Position numbers and translations under genes: made by a program
Source: a virus
Taxonomy: Duplodnaviria > Caudoviricetes
Direction: 5' to 3' (one strand)
DNA length: 64,000 nt
IMG/VR virus record: IMGVR_UViG_3300012667_001143
Coordinates: 32,560 to 96,559 of that record
Shown here: positions 20,885 through 31,867 of the stretch, piece after piece
Numbering within the stretch: position 1 is the first letter of the stretch
Layout: every line of letters begins with the position of its first letter
The notes under the pieces: model-generated
Database searches by the model: none
Told to the model about the DNA's origin: nothing
The model's input: only the letters and a program-made list of their open reading frames with translations

Positions 20885-22057
20885 TGTTGTTTTATATATT
20901 TTGTAGGAGCTTGAAATCGGCGCTCCACTAACATATAAAAAATAATCATTCGCTACCTGGCCAACTGAGTAAATCAGTTGGCCAGTGTTTGTTATAGTGG
21001 ACTCTAATAAAGTCTGAGGATTATTTAAAACAAGCTTTAACTCTGAAGATATATAAGAATCTGTCCCTGTTTTTATTTGAGATGTATATAAAATAGTATG
21101 ACAAGATCCACTAGGTATTGTATCAAGTATAGTACTTTGCGGAGAAGGAAGAGTAACAACTCCTGTTAAAAGAGAAAAATCTACAGATTCTGTGCCATTA
21201 TTTATTTTAAATAAGTTTGTCTCTAAAAGAGTTTGAGGGTTTCTATCAGAGATTCCTGTAAATACTTTTGGGCCAAATTTTAAATGATTACCAGATCCAA
21301 ATACAGAATATGGAACCACAGTGAAGTAATAATCTGTATCGTATTCAAGACCAATTGGTTTAATAATTACAGTGTCAATATCTTCATAATCCTTTACTGT
21401 TTGAGTATATAAAAAGTAAGGGTGATTTGCTGGATTTAATTCTAAAGAATTGAATGGCTCTATATCATTTTCTGTAGATGCGTATATATCATATTTGATT
21501 ATGTCAATATAATTCAATGAGTTATCCAGCTGTACATTAACTAATATCTGGTCTAGTTGTTGTATGTTTTGGTATACAACTAATCCTTCGGCTGGATCTG
21601 CTCCATATACAGGAGGAGTATAAAGTAAAGTTGCTGATCCATCATATATAGTAGTAACTCCAGTATTTATTTGTGGAATATTGGCATAAAAATAAAACTC
21701 TGAAACATTTTTTGTTCCATCGTAAGCGGAGATAGTTGTTCTCACACCAAAATCTTTTTTATAAGATCCAAAAATACTGGCGTTTTCTATTTCTGTAAGC
21801 GTAAGGCTTCTACTTGTTGTTCCAGATTTATAGCCAGAAAACGCTACGCTTCCATCTATATTCAAGATATCAAAGCATACTGAATCTGCCAATGGATTGC
21901 TTATAAAATCAGAATCAGAAACTATTAAATTTCCATTCATATCCAATAAAGACAAAGAAAAAGTAACGTCTTTTTTTAGATGAACTCCACTGCCAGTATA
22001 AACTGCTCCTGTTAAATTGCCAGTATCTGGATTATAAACTGTTTCAAATTCGTACAT
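20879..22057 (-). CDS. tail-associated protein with FN3-like segment
   Basis: Follows gpJ; YYFTVVPYSVFGSG. Confidence 0.6.
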   Translation of the reverse strand: MYEFETVYNPDTGNLTGAVYTGSGVHLKKDVTFSLSLLDMNGNLIVSDSDFISNPLADSVCFDILNIDGSVAFSGYKSGTTSRSLTLTEIENASIFGSYKKDFGVRTTISAYDGTKNVSEFYFYANIPQINTGVTTIYDGSATLLYTPPVYGADPAEGLVVYQNIQQLDQILVNVQLDNSLNYIDIIKYDIYASTENDIEPFNSLELNPANHPYFLYTQTVKDYEDIDTVIIKPIGLEYDTDYYFTVVPYSVFGSGNHLKFGPKVFTGISDRNPQTLLETNLFKINNGTESVDFSLLTGVVTLPSPQSTILDTIPSGSCHTILYTSQIKTGTDSYISSELKLVLNNPQTLLESTITNTGQLIYSVGQVANDYFLYVSGAPISSSYKIYKTTL

Positions 22058-22060
22058 ATA

Positions 22061-25000
22061 TTAAGAAATTGTAATGTTAGTTGTATAGACGGCAGAAAAT
22101 TGGCGTTCCGAACCTGTTGGCGCTCTAAATATTCCAGATTTAGATGGATTTGATGTTAAGAATCTACCAGCATCTGATGGAGAAGCTTGAACAGAAAGAT
22201 TCCAAGTTCCATCTTGATCTGTAAATCCTGTTGTGTCAAAACTTGTTGAAGGCACTTCAAATTCTTTTTCTATGTAATAGTTAGAATTAGATATTTTGAC
22301 TATATAAGAAGAAGCATTATCAACGCCACTCCAACTGCCAGTGAATCCAAAAACAGAACCAGCTTTAAAAGCGAAATTAGTTATAACTGGACTGCTTAAT
22401 TGAGTCAAGTTAACAATAGGATTTTGGGTATTTGGCGAGGTTGCATAAAAAGTATCAGGAAGATAATCTGAAGTTATGTGCTTTTCTATTGATTCAAATT
22501 TACCAGTATCAAATTTTGAACAGTATACGCTGTATTCGTTTTGATTTTCTTCCCTAATGCTTATTATCTTGTATATTTGATCGCTCGCATTTTTCTTTTG
22601 AATGCGGTAAACGCCACCTTCAGGAATCATTGGAAGAAGATTGATATTAATATCGTTTTCGTCTATAAATAATTCACTGCCATAATTTTGATTTTGATGA
22701 CCTGTTACATTAAAAACAGTAATTTGTGGATTGTTTACAACATTAATTTCCTCGTTAAGAATGCCTTTGTAAGCATCAAACTCTACATCTATACGCCCAC
22801 TTATTGCTGCGCTTGGAGTGGTTCTTTTATCGCTTGCAGCGGAACTATAACGATAGCCAGTTATTAATTCTGCGCCAGAAACTCTCACAGAAGTAATGTC
22901 ACTAAATCCAGTATCGCATATTACTTTATTATAAGTATCACTATCTATTCCGTATTCGCCAGTAGAAAAAACAAAACCAGTAGCTCCAGTATTGTAATAG
23001 CAAAATATCTTTTGTAAAGATGGATAATTTGTACCAGTATACAAAGGAAACTGAACTGGTAATTTATTTATGTTTCCACTATTGTATCCTTGTGTGTATC
23101 TTGAGAAATAATATCTTCCAGTGAGTATATCGTCACTGCTATTAATTAATCCAGTAGTGACATCAAAATAAGGAACTCTATTTCTATTTGAATACGCAAT
23201 TTGTTCTATGTCTTCGCTTGAAGCAAAACCTGTTGGTGTATAAACAGTAACTTTTCCAGTGAAAGATCCACTGTCATACAAACCATCAATTCTTAGACTT
23301 TTGTTATTTAAATCAACATCTAAAATTCTACCGTAATTATTCAAAAGACTTTTCATTTCGTCTTCCACAATAATTAAGTCGCCAGGTCGGCAAAGCAAAG
23401 CATCCAAGCCAGCCATAAACTCAACACTTTGGTTTTCTCTGATTGTTTGATAAATCAAATGCTGCCCAATTCTTCTAGCCATAGCTCTAGAAGTAACACC
23501 GAGCGTGTTAATATCTGTTTTAAAAATACCTCTATTTCTTATGTCTGTTTCGTCTTGGATGTATTCTATTTTTGTTTGATAGTTATCAAATCTATCCAAG
23601 TAAGCGACTTCCACAGTATTAAACTGTTGATCTCTACGATTGTTAATGTAATTAAATAGTCCGTCTTTGACGTTTGAATTTGTGAAGATAGCTATTGGAT
23701 CTCTTGGTCTGTCATCCAAAAAGTGAATTTCTGAATTGCTGAAAAAGACGCTTCCTCTAAACAACGATGCTACGATATTAATAGCATCAAATATTTTAGT
23801 CTGCTCTTTAAACATTATATTACAAGAGTATCTTGGTTCTAAACCTCCGACACCATCAGAAACTCCAACGAAATATCCTTGTTCATCTACTGCATCACAA
23901 AATCTGCCAATTTTATAAAGCTCCCATTTATTGATTTGAGACTCCTCTATATAAGATCCTAAGCCATATCTTTTGCTAGTTAAAAGATCATAAATAATCC
24001 AAGCTGGATTATCTGTCCAACCTTCTTCGAATGTTCCATTCCAATCTCCATCATAAATTAAATCTTGGGTTGTGTATTCGGTCGCTGATTTTATATATCT
24101 TTTGTCTTTGCCATTATCAAGAGGTTTGTAATTGCTAGGGATTTTGATTTTTTTCAATCTGCAATCATATGTTCTCTCTGGAACAGATCCAAAAGTTCTT
24201 GCATCAATTTTTACTCCAACAACGCTAGAAAACGGATATGATAAATTGTTTTCAATTATTTCTGTGACTTTGTAAAGAGATGCTTCTTTGCTCAATAGAA
24301 TAGAATTCGTTTCCGCAGATAGTTTAGTTATTTTTATGTATCTTTTAACAACAGATGGATCTTCATTGTTATTGAGTTTTGGCAATTTAAATGGCTTGTT
24401 CAACTCTGATTCTTCAAATTGACCACCGCTTATATCTCTAACAGATTGCAAATCGCTCATTGGAGAATCTGGACTGCCAAAATCAATAAGCATTTGTCCC
24501 TCGACCATTCCTAAAATAGCAAACTTTTTCGTAACCTTGTCGGAGATTTTACCATTTGTGGTTTTCCCATATTCAACCTCAATCTCTAAAATTGCTGGCA
24601 ATCTATCTTGAGTGCTTCGATTTTCATTCGGAAAGTCAGTATGAGCCGTGTCTCTCAAAGAAGAAATAGCTAATGTAAAGAATACAGAAGAAACATTAGA
24701 GTTTTCAATAGTATGGGTTATTGGTATAGCGAGTTCATCATATATTTCTTCGTTATCGCTATTCCAATCTGAATAGTTAACATTTGTTTGAGTTCTTAAG
24801 TCTTGAGAACCTTCTGATTCAACAAGATCTTGATTCAATTCTGGATTGTTAGCTCCTCTTGTTTTATAACTACCTTGAATTCTTCTAACTCTTCCACTTG
24901 GAACAAAAGGCCCAATTAAAGATGTTCCATAATCAAAATCAATATAAATATTTTTAAAATCATTGAGCGTCTCTTGGTATTCATCGCCATTTCTAAAATC

Positions 25001-26260
25001 GCAAGCAATATTTGAAAAGTTGTATTTAGAAGCGGTTGGACCATCACTTGAATCTTCGACTCCCTTTTTGAAAATCAATTGTACGTTTTTTTCAGAGAAA
25101 GCTGACACGCTTTTTAATATCTGCCTATAATAATGATAGTCATCGCTAATAATTGAGCTGGCTCTTTGAGTTCCAATTTTTTGTATAAACTCTTCTGTTC
25201 TAACTTCTGTTTTAAGCTCTATGACTAAGCATCCATACATTTGATTAAGATACACAGAATCACTGCTATCTAAAATAGGAATTAAAAATCTATGTATTTG
25301 ATTTTGTCCAATAAATTGACTGAAATTTTTAATTTGAAAAGAGACTGGATTTGCTTTAAAATTTTTATTTTCTTGAAGACCATTGTCTAAAGCTACGGAA
25401 TCTTGTGAAGAAGATCCGAACTTCATGACAACATAAACGCTATTGGTTTTTTTCCAATCAAAAGACTTGTCTGCTAATGAACTTTGAAAATCAGATATCT
25501 TTGTTTGTATTGTAGAATTAATTGATTGTTGATTTGTCGCAGCTTTCGAATTTAAAGAATTTTGCAAGCTTCTTAATATTGAAGATTCTGAAAATAAGCT
25601 TATTGATGGGTTTTCATAGTGAACCTCCATCAGTAATTTAGTATCAATGGTTTTAAAGTATTTGGGAGAAGCAGGTTTATTTAAATCTCCAATCCACTGC
25701 CAACCATTTCCACTCGCACCAAGTTTTAAAGGTTTTTCGACAATAGGTGAATAATAAGATTCAGTTTTCGCTCCAACGACTAACGCATTAGAAGCTAAAA
25801 GTCTAGCTTCTTGGAATAACTTAGTATTTTTAATTTTATCACCAAGTTCTATGGTTTTTCCATCCTCTCCTCTGTGAAAGTCTAGAATATCTTTTCCATC
25901 TATTGGATCTCTATAAATATTTCCTAGTTGTTGTAGTCTATCTGAAATATTTATAAGCCCAATTACATCGCTATCATTAATTGGGTTTTGAGAACTGACA
26001 GAAGTTTGCTCTACAGGGGTGTTATCTAAATAAACGCCTTGCAATATACTAGACATTCCATTTTCACCAAGTATTTGATTGTTTTGATTAACAAGTCCTT
26101 CTATCGGACCATCAGAAATCAAATCAACAATCTCCGCAACGCTGTAAGAGTTTAATAGCTTATAAGCTCCAAGTTTTGGGGGTTTGAGAATAGGTGGTTG
26201 TGGCTTTGGTTTATTTTTACCACCTCCCTGAAATAAGTTTTTATTTATTAAGTGTTTCAT
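22061..26260 (-). CDS. tail tip / host specificity protein (gpJ-like)
   Basis: DLISDGPIEGL, WTDNPAWIIYDLLT..RYGLG, EPRYSCN. Confidence 0.9.
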   Translation of the reverse strand: MKHLINKNLFQGGGKNKPKPQPPILKPPKLGAYKLLNSYSVAEIVDLISDGPIEGLVNQNNQILGENGMSSILQGVYLDNTPVEQTSVSSQNPINDSDVIGLINISDRLQQLGNIYRDPIDGKDILDFHRGEDGKTIELGDKIKNTKLFQEARLLASNALVVGAKTESYYSPIVEKPLKLGASGNGWQWIGDLNKPASPKYFKTIDTKLLMEVHYENPSISLFSESSILRSLQNSLNSKAATNQQSINSTIQTKISDFQSSLADKSFDWKKTNSVYVVMKFGSSSQDSVALDNGLQENKNFKANPVSFQIKNFSQFIGQNQIHRFLIPILDSSDSVYLNQMYGCLVIELKTEVRTEEFIQKIGTQRASSIISDDYHYYRQILKSVSAFSEKNVQLIFKKGVEDSSDGPTASKYNFSNIACDFRNGDEYQETLNDFKNIYIDFDYGTSLIGPFVPSGRVRRIQGSYKTRGANNPELNQDLVESEGSQDLRTQTNVNYSDWNSDNEEIYDELAIPITHTIENSNVSSVFFTLAISSLRDTAHTDFPNENRSTQDRLPAILEIEVEYGKTTNGKISDKVTKKFAILGMVEGQMLIDFGSPDSPMSDLQSVRDISGGQFEESELNKPFKLPKLNNNEDPSVVKRYIKITKLSAETNSILLSKEASLYKVTEIIENNLSYPFSSVVGVKIDARTFGSVPERTYDCRLKKIKIPSNYKPLDNGKDKRYIKSATEYTTQDLIYDGDWNGTFEEGWTDNPAWIIYDLLTSKRYGLGSYIEESQINKWELYKIGRFCDAVDEQGYFVGVSDGVGGLEPRYSCNIMFKEQTKIFDAINIVASLFRGSVFFSNSEIHFLDDRPRDPIAIFTNSNVKDGLFNYINNRRDQQFNTVEVAYLDRFDNYQTKIEYIQDETDIRNRGIFKTDINTLGVTSRAMARRIGQHLIYQTIRENQSVEFMAGLDALLCRPGDLIIVEDEMKSLLNNYGRILDVDLNNKSLRIDGLYDSGSFTGKVTVYTPTGFASSEDIEQIAYSNRNRVPYFDVTTGLINSSDDILTGRYYFSRYTQGYNSGNINKLPVQFPLYTGTNYPSLQKIFCYYNTGATGFVFSTGEYGIDSDTYNKVICDTGFSDITSVRVSGAELITGYRYSSAASDKRTTPSAAISGRIDVEFDAYKGILNEEINVVNNPQITVFNVTGHQNQNYGSELFIDENDININLLPMIPEGGVYRIQKKNASDQIYKIISIREENQNEYSVYCSKFDTGKFESIEKHITSDYLPDTFYATSPNTQNPIVNLTQLSSPVITNFAFKAGSVFGFTGSWSGVDNASSYIVKISNSNYYIEKEFEVPSTSFDTTGFTDQDGTWNLSVQASPSDAGRFLTSNPSKSGIFRAPTGSERQFSAVYTTNITIS

Positions 26261-26269
26261 GTCTTATTT

Positions 26270-26944
26270 CTAGTTTCTTCTAAATGATGCATTTCCCTTG
26301 TTGTTTCTTATGTCTCCAGTAAGAGCTTTTTTCGTTTGATATTTTTGCGGATAAGATTTAATAGTGGATTGTATAATGTAACTTCCAACTCTCAATCTTC
26401 CATAACCAACTGGAACAGGAATACCTTGTTCTGCTAAGTTTCCTTTGGAGCTTATTAAAAATGATTCTTTTGTTCCACTGACAGTAGCTTCTGTTCTTTG
26501 TGGTTTTTCAGAGGGAGCTAATGCTTGTTGTATAACTGCCATTGCGACAGAGTTAAGCACTGTTCCTATCAACGTGCTTGCCCAGCCAGCAGATCCAATA
26601 GTACCCAACGCTCCACCGATAACACCTAATGCTCCACCAGCTCCAGCAAGAGCGCTACCAATGGCAGTTAATAAGGTCACAAATCCACGACCACAGATTA
26701 CTGGAGCAAAATCAATAACAGTGTTTTCTTTTTTTATCTCTAATTGATATTCGCTGACTATATTTTCACCATCGATCAAGATTGAATAATGTATTCCTTG
26801 TTGAGATAGTTCTAAAATTCTTTTTTTAAATAAAGCCTTGTTACACGTAATAGCGTCTATAACTTGTTTTGGTTTTTCAATTTCCATTAAAAACGAATCA
26901 CCGAATTCGTGAGCCAATATTCCATGTAAGTTAACAACTGTCAT
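26270..26944 (-). CDS. tail tip assembly protein (gpI-like)
   Basis: LHGIL..EFG; QGIPVPVGYG..RVGS. Confidence 0.88.
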   Translation of the reverse strand: MTVVNLHGILAHEFGDSFLMEIEKPKQVIDAITCNKALFKKRILELSQQGIHYSILIDGENIVSEYQLEIKKENTVIDFAPVICGRGFVTLLTAIGSALAGAGGALGVIGGALGTIGSAGWASTLIGTVLNSVAMAVIQQALAPSEKPQRTEATVSGTKESFLISSKGNLAEQGIPVPVGYGRLRVGSYIIQSTIKSYPQKYQTKKALTGDIRNNKGNASFRRN

Positions 26945-27351
26945 TTTAGTTTACCCTTAATCCTTTCTAATATACTTACATCATAATCTTTGTTTTGTGG
27001 TTCATAAATATTAAATTTGCGAGTATTTATCGAATAAATAACAAAAGACAAGCAGCAAGCCTCTGACATTTTAACGTCGAATTCAGACTCAGTTTCATTT
27101 CCAAGAATATGACTGTGAAAAACAGAAACTAAAGAATAGCTATTTTTAAATTTTAAATAACTCGCTGGATCAATAGAAAAGAAAGATTTCGTATCTGCTG
27201 CTTGATTTTTTTCAATAGTAGCTACGAAATCTTTTGATTCTTCATCATATCCAATAAACCCACATATTTCATTTATTGAGTTTCTGTTAGAGTGATTAAT
27301 CAAAAAATCTTTAATTGCCGCAAATGATTTGTTTTTTATTTTATCTTCCAT
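26941..27351 (-). CDS. JAB/MPN tail tip protein (gpK N-domain-like)
   Basis: EICG, VFHSH...SEFD; between L and I. Confidence 0.8.
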   Translation of the reverse strand: MEDKIKNKSFAAIKDFLINHSNRNSINEICGFIGYDEESKDFVATIEKNQAADTKSFFSIDPASYLKFKNSYSLVSVFHSHILGNETESEFDVKMSEACCLSFVIYSINTRKFNIYEPQNKDYDVSILERIKGKLK

Positions 27352-29704
27352 ATCTATCTGTTCCAGGGAACCCTCCAAATGGTAAAGAATTTTGCGATGT
27401 TTGAATTAATGTTGTTTCAAATTGCGTGATGTAATTTGTTTCTTGCAAATCTATACTTCCAGTATATTCTCCACTTAAGTTAATTTTTAAATTCTGATTA
27501 TTAGAAGCTGATACACTGTATGAAGATGTTCCAGTAATGTCCATATCCCACCAAGCAAATAATCCAGTTTTTAAAATTGGTTTGTTTTGACTTACTCCTG
27601 TAAATTCTGCGTATGTTCTAGGAATTGGGAACTTAATTTCTTTATTGTCATCTTCCCTATTAAAGAATTCTTTTCTGGCATCAATACCATCGAATCCAGT
27701 CCATATAGCAGTTGCTCCTAATTTAATATTACTAGTTAATTTAATATTAGAATATACTCCAGAATTTCTAGGATTTGGTGTGAATGTATCGCCGCTTGAA
27801 AACTGCCAATCATTGATTCCGAACTTAAGACTTGTTGTAGATCCAGTGTAACTTGGATTTTTAAACAAAAAGAATTCTCCAGAAAACTTTAATTGTGGAT
27901 TTCTAGGTTTTAATATGTATTCTGCAAAAGTAGAGCTATCCGCTCCGTACATTTTTATATAACCTTCTGGAAAAGAAGTTACGCCTGTTCCGCTGGTTTG
28001 ACCACCGAATGCCTCTAAATAAAACGGTTGATTTGTTTGGAAATCCCAAGGCATAGAAATAGACCTATTCACTGTTGTATATGAAGGGGTTGGCGCTCCA
28101 GAATATTGTCTTGTCGCAAAATCTAATACTAAATTACCTCCACTTGCATAAAGATTCAAACCGCTATACTGACAATTTGTTTTTACATTGTGAAAAATAT
28201 TAAGCAATTGATCGTTTCTAGTAACCCCATTTGGAAAACTAAAATATGAAGCGATATGTAAATCTTTCGAAGTTGCTATTCCGCTTGATAAAAAATCATC
28301 GTTATAAACAGCTAAACCAGAAGGCTCAAATATACATACTTCGCCAAGACCAGCATTGGTATCAGAACTTATACCACTAATAATTATTTGATCTATATAT
28401 GAAGCGTTGAACACATTTGTACTTCTAGATCCACTATTATACACTACAGATTCTAAGCTACCCTCTACATCTCCATTAAGAAGTAATTTTATAGATGCGT
28501 CTCCAAAATTGTTGTTTCCTTGCCTATCGTATAAATCGATTCTATTTATTAATCTTGGGCGATCCCAAGTGAATTGGATATAAGGATTTGCGGCTCCAGA
28601 ACTAACCCATGAGTAAGCAGTATCAACGTTCTTAACGGATACGCCAGTTAATCCATCTACAACGTTTCTGAAAGAAGAACCCGATAATACACTAGAACCA
28701 GTAATAGAAGCTTCTGAAGCAATGTTATTGCTATTGTATCTTGATTTGTGGGAGAAATTTATATAAGAATTTGTTATTGGGTAATTAGTAGTCTCTGAAG
28801 TTTGCAGTTCTCCGTTTGAAAATCTTTTTTTGCAACCATCTAATTTTTTATTGCATCCGTCTTTTAACCAGAATGTTTCATTATTATCTGGGGCATTATA
28901 TTCTGTAGAGACATGTCCGCTTTGAGAGACATACCATATTTTTGCGGGCCTACTTTTTTCTTTGGTACCTGGTCTTGGATTTATTGTAATTTTATTATTA
29001 AAACGAAACGCTGGAGTTCCGCTCTCATAATAAATACCAGTATCCCACTCACCAGTGCTGAAGATTGTATTCCATTTATTTTCAGAATCATTATTCAACT
29101 TTAAGGTTTGACCATATTCGGTTTCTATTGGAAGACCTTCATAATTGCAACCATTTCCTCTGTAATACCATGAACAGTATCTAGCTATAATCAATCTATT
29201 ATTGACTTCAAAGTTTTCTAAATCAAGAGGAGATGAAAGTTCGAATTCGACAAAAACTTTATTTTCTGCGGTTTTTTGACTGATAACAAAAGTATCTAAA
29301 CTTAATTCTGCTGATGAGTCTGCTTGTCCCCACGGATTACCACCATCAAAATTAATATCATCTAAGTATTTTACAAAAGTTCTTTTTCTGATTAATTTGC
29401 CAAATTGAAAATCCTTATTGTTTAATAAAGCTTGAGTGATAGCGTAATCTTTGTTGGATATTCTAATCTTTGGTCTTGGTAGTTGATTGCTTGCATTGAC
29501 TTCAAAACCTTCAGATTCTACAGGCAGACTTCCATATTTTTTACCTTGCCATGAAATCTCTCCTTCAAATATAGCTCCTCCATGAAACATCAAGATAGCA
29601 TCTGGTTTATCAATAGTATTGAAATGCAACTGAAATAACTCTACTATAGCAGTAGGCTGCAAATCAGTTAAACTTCTAGCAATTTTATCTTGTCCTTGTC
29701 CCAT
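27341..29704 (-). CDS. tail tip protein (gpL-like) with large insertion
   Basis: CSWYYRG.GC.Y, DGCNK.L.GCKKRF, terminal FGGFPG. Confidence 0.88.
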   Translation of the reverse strand: MGQGQDKIARSLTDLQPTAIVELFQLHFNTIDKPDAILMFHGGAIFEGEISWQGKKYGSLPVESEGFEVNASNQLPRPKIRISNKDYAITQALLNNKDFQFGKLIRKRTFVKYLDDINFDGGNPWGQADSSAELSLDTFVISQKTAENKVFVEFELSSPLDLENFEVNNRLIIARYCSWYYRGNGCNYEGLPIETEYGQTLKLNNDSENKWNTIFSTGEWDTGIYYESGTPAFRFNNKITINPRPGTKEKSRPAKIWYVSQSGHVSTEYNAPDNNETFWLKDGCNKKLDGCKKRFSNGELQTSETTNYPITNSYINFSHKSRYNSNNIASEASITGSSVLSGSSFRNVVDGLTGVSVKNVDTAYSWVSSGAANPYIQFTWDRPRLINRIDLYDRQGNNNFGDASIKLLLNGDVEGSLESVVYNSGSRSTNVFNASYIDQIIISGISSDTNAGLGEVCIFEPSGLAVYNDDFLSSGIATSKDLHIASYFSFPNGVTRNDQLLNIFHNVKTNCQYSGLNLYASGGNLVLDFATRQYSGAPTPSYTTVNRSISMPWDFQTNQPFYLEAFGGQTSGTGVTSFPEGYIKMYGADSSTFAEYILKPRNPQLKFSGEFFLFKNPSYTGSTTSLKFGINDWQFSSGDTFTPNPRNSGVYSNIKLTSNIKLGATAIWTGFDGIDARKEFFNREDDNKEIKFPIPRTYAEFTGVSQNKPILKTGLFAWWDMDITGTSSYSVSASNNQNLKINLSGEYTGSIDLQETNYITQFETTLIQTSQNSLPFGGFPGTDRYGR

Positions 29705-29737
29705 AAAGAAATTTACACTTTATAATAAATATTTAAC

Positions 29738-30172
29738 ATGAACTTTACACTAATAAAAAGCTTGGAAAGCAATCAAGAAAAACAAATAATAAGTTTCTTT
29801 TTGAAATCCAAACCTTATTCGTTTTGTTCTCTGCCGTCTCATTCTTTGTGCGTTTTTAAAATCAAAGAGTATTTGAATTTTCTTCTTGAAAATTGCGACG
29901 TATATATTTGCAAGGATTTTTTTGTGGCTGTTTCTATGGAAGCAGATACAGTGATTGTTGAATTTGTTTATGGATCACCTTTTAATGTCATAGGAGATTT
30001 TGAAAGATTTCGCAAATGGTTCAAATCAAAAAACAATCAAGTAACCCACTTCTATACAGAAATACAAAGAAAGCATAAACGCAAGTCTTTTCTGAAATTT
30101 ATTGAGAAGCGAGACAGAAATGCTCAAATAAAGCTTGACAATCAGAAAATCTGCGTATTATGGAATACATAA
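29738..30172 (+). CDS. hypothetical protein
   Basis: 144-aa ORF. Confidence 0.6.
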   Translation: MNFTLIKSLESNQEKQIISFFLKSKPYSFCSLPSHSLCVFKIKEYLNFLLENCDVYICKDFFVAVSMEADTVIVEFVYGSPFNVIGDFERFRKWFKSKNNQVTHFYTEIQRKHKRKSFLKFIEKRDRNAQIKLDNQKICVLWNT

Positions 30173-30684
30173 TGGCTTATAGAAATAAATACGATAAAGA
30201 TGGCTCCTCATTTAATCTGGGGTTGAACGCAGAAAATAGCTTTGTCGCAGCCGCGAAGAAAAACGGTATGGAAGTGAAGCAATCCTCTAGGGAGGATGAA
30301 TTCAATCATATTGATTTCTTTGTATCGAAGGACAACTTGAAGTTCTCTGTGGAAGTGAAGTCTCGCAAGAAAATCAAAAGAGCCGATTCTAAGGTTAACG
30401 ATGATTTGATTTGGATCGAGTTCAAGAATGTTAGGGGATCGCGTGGGTGGCTTTATGGTCACGCAGACGCTGTAGCATTCGAACGAGAGGATCACTTTGT
30501 AATTGTGGATCGAAAGCTTCTTGCAAGGCTCTGTGAGCGCTTGTGTGACCTAACTAAGATGAACACTGATGTTAAGATGCCTCTTTATGTGGGATACCAA
30601 CGTCGAGATCGCAAAGATGTTTTATCTTTGATTAAGATGACTGACATCATGACAAACATCAAGCATGTCATTCTTCCTAAATGA
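30172..30684 (+). CDS. PD-(D/E)XK nuclease
   Basis: HIDF...VEVKS; WIEFKNVRG..GWLYG. Confidence 0.75.
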   Translation: MAYRNKYDKDGSSFNLGLNAENSFVAAAKKNGMEVKQSSREDEFNHIDFFVSKDNLKFSVEVKSRKKIKRADSKVNDDLIWIEFKNVRGSRGWLYGHADAVAFEREDHFVIVDRKLLARLCERLCDLTKMNTDVKMPLYVGYQRRDRKDVLSLIKMTDIMTNIKHVILPK

Positions 30685-31346
30685 ATCCAGAAATCAGCTT
30701 CATACCAACCCAATCAAAACAGTGGGTTCTACATTTGATCTTTGTTCGCATTCCAAAAAATGCGAGCACTTCTATTTACCATCACTTAGGTAAATACAAT
30801 TTGGTTAAAAAATACGAACCATATTTTAAAAACAACTGTAACAATCCTCTGTATCGAAATTTCTTCGATACGACTCACGCCAAACCTGAAGAAATTAAAA
30901 AGATCATTCCAGCAAATGTAAATAATTACTTTTCTTTTTGTGTTGTTCGGAATCCGTGGGATCGGTTTGTTTCTATGTATTCCTTCTCTTTGAAGAATAA
31001 ACTTTGGAAGCTTTTTGGTCTCGATGAAGAACCATCTTTTTTAGAGTTTTGTAAAATCTGTGAACAACGAAAAGAAGATGGAGATCCTTATTTCTTTCCA
31101 ATTCAACAACAGTGTGAATGGCTTTCTGGTGGATTCGATGTTAAGAAAATTCTTACGTTTGAAAATTTAAAAACAGAATTCGCGGAAATGATTCAAGATA
31201 TTAATGCTTGCCATATATCTCCTCACCTGCCTCACATGAACGCGACAGATCATAAAAATTATCAACATTATTATAATGATTATACTAAAGATTTAGTCGC
31301 TGAACTTTATAATAAAGATATCGAACAATTTAATTACCAATTTTAA
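30681..31346 (+). CDS. sulfotransferase family 2 protein
   Basis: FVRIPKNASTS and VRNPWDRFVSMY PAPS-binding motifs. Confidence 0.85.
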   Translation: MNPEISFIPTQSKQWVLHLIFVRIPKNASTSIYHHLGKYNLVKKYEPYFKNNCNNPLYRNFFDTTHAKPEEIKKIIPANVNNYFSFCVVRNPWDRFVSMYSFSLKNKLWKLFGLDEEPSFLEFCKICEQRKEDGDPYFFPIQQQCEWLSGGFDVKKILTFENLKTEFAEMIQDINACHISPHLPHMNATDHKNYQHYYNDYTKDLVAELYNKDIEQFNYQF

Positions 31347-31600
31347 TGAAAATAAAAATCGCAGCTACAAACCCTGTTTTCGAAAATTTTTCTCTTGGAC
31401 AAGAGGTTTCTTTTTCTATTTCTGTTCTTGAGGATGGAATGCACCAAATTCTTCACGAAGGAATTAAATACATTTTTGAACCAAAGAATACTCTCATTAT
31501 CAATGAAAAATCAATTTTAATTGAGGGCTTCATCACCGACAATAAAAACGTTGGAATAATGGCTTTCGAATTTTTCGAAAAAGATCAGAAAAATGATTGA
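31346..31600 (+). CDS. hypothetical protein
   Basis: TAATG-coupled ORF. Confidence 0.55.
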   Translation: MKIKIAATNPVFENFSLGQEVSFSISVLEDGMHQILHEGIKYIFEPKNTLIINEKSILIEGFITDNKNVGIMAFEFFEKDQKND

Positions 31601-31666
31601 CATTTCGAGAAACTGGGTTTAAGATCTAAAACGTAACGATAAACAAACAACAAAAAGCAAGCAAAA

Positions 31667-31867
31667 ATGCAAAACAACAAGGAAACTAAGTATCGCGTGT
31701 TCGACTCCAAGGACAATTATCAGCAAACCTATAGCGCAAAGCTTAACGGTGCTTTTAGTTGGGCGCGGGATTGTGCCAAGCGCGTGAATGGTTATGTGGT
31801 AGAGATTCAACTTGAGAATGATAAGCATCTTTCGGAAGAAGTTGTTTTCACTACCAAAGGCAAGTGA
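31667..31867 (+). CDS. hypothetical protein
   Basis: Downstream of TTGACA-17-TAAGAT. Confidence 0.6.
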   Translation: MQNNKETKYRVFDSKDNYQQTYSAKLNGAFSWARDCAKRVNGYVVEIQLENDKHLSEEVVFTTKGK

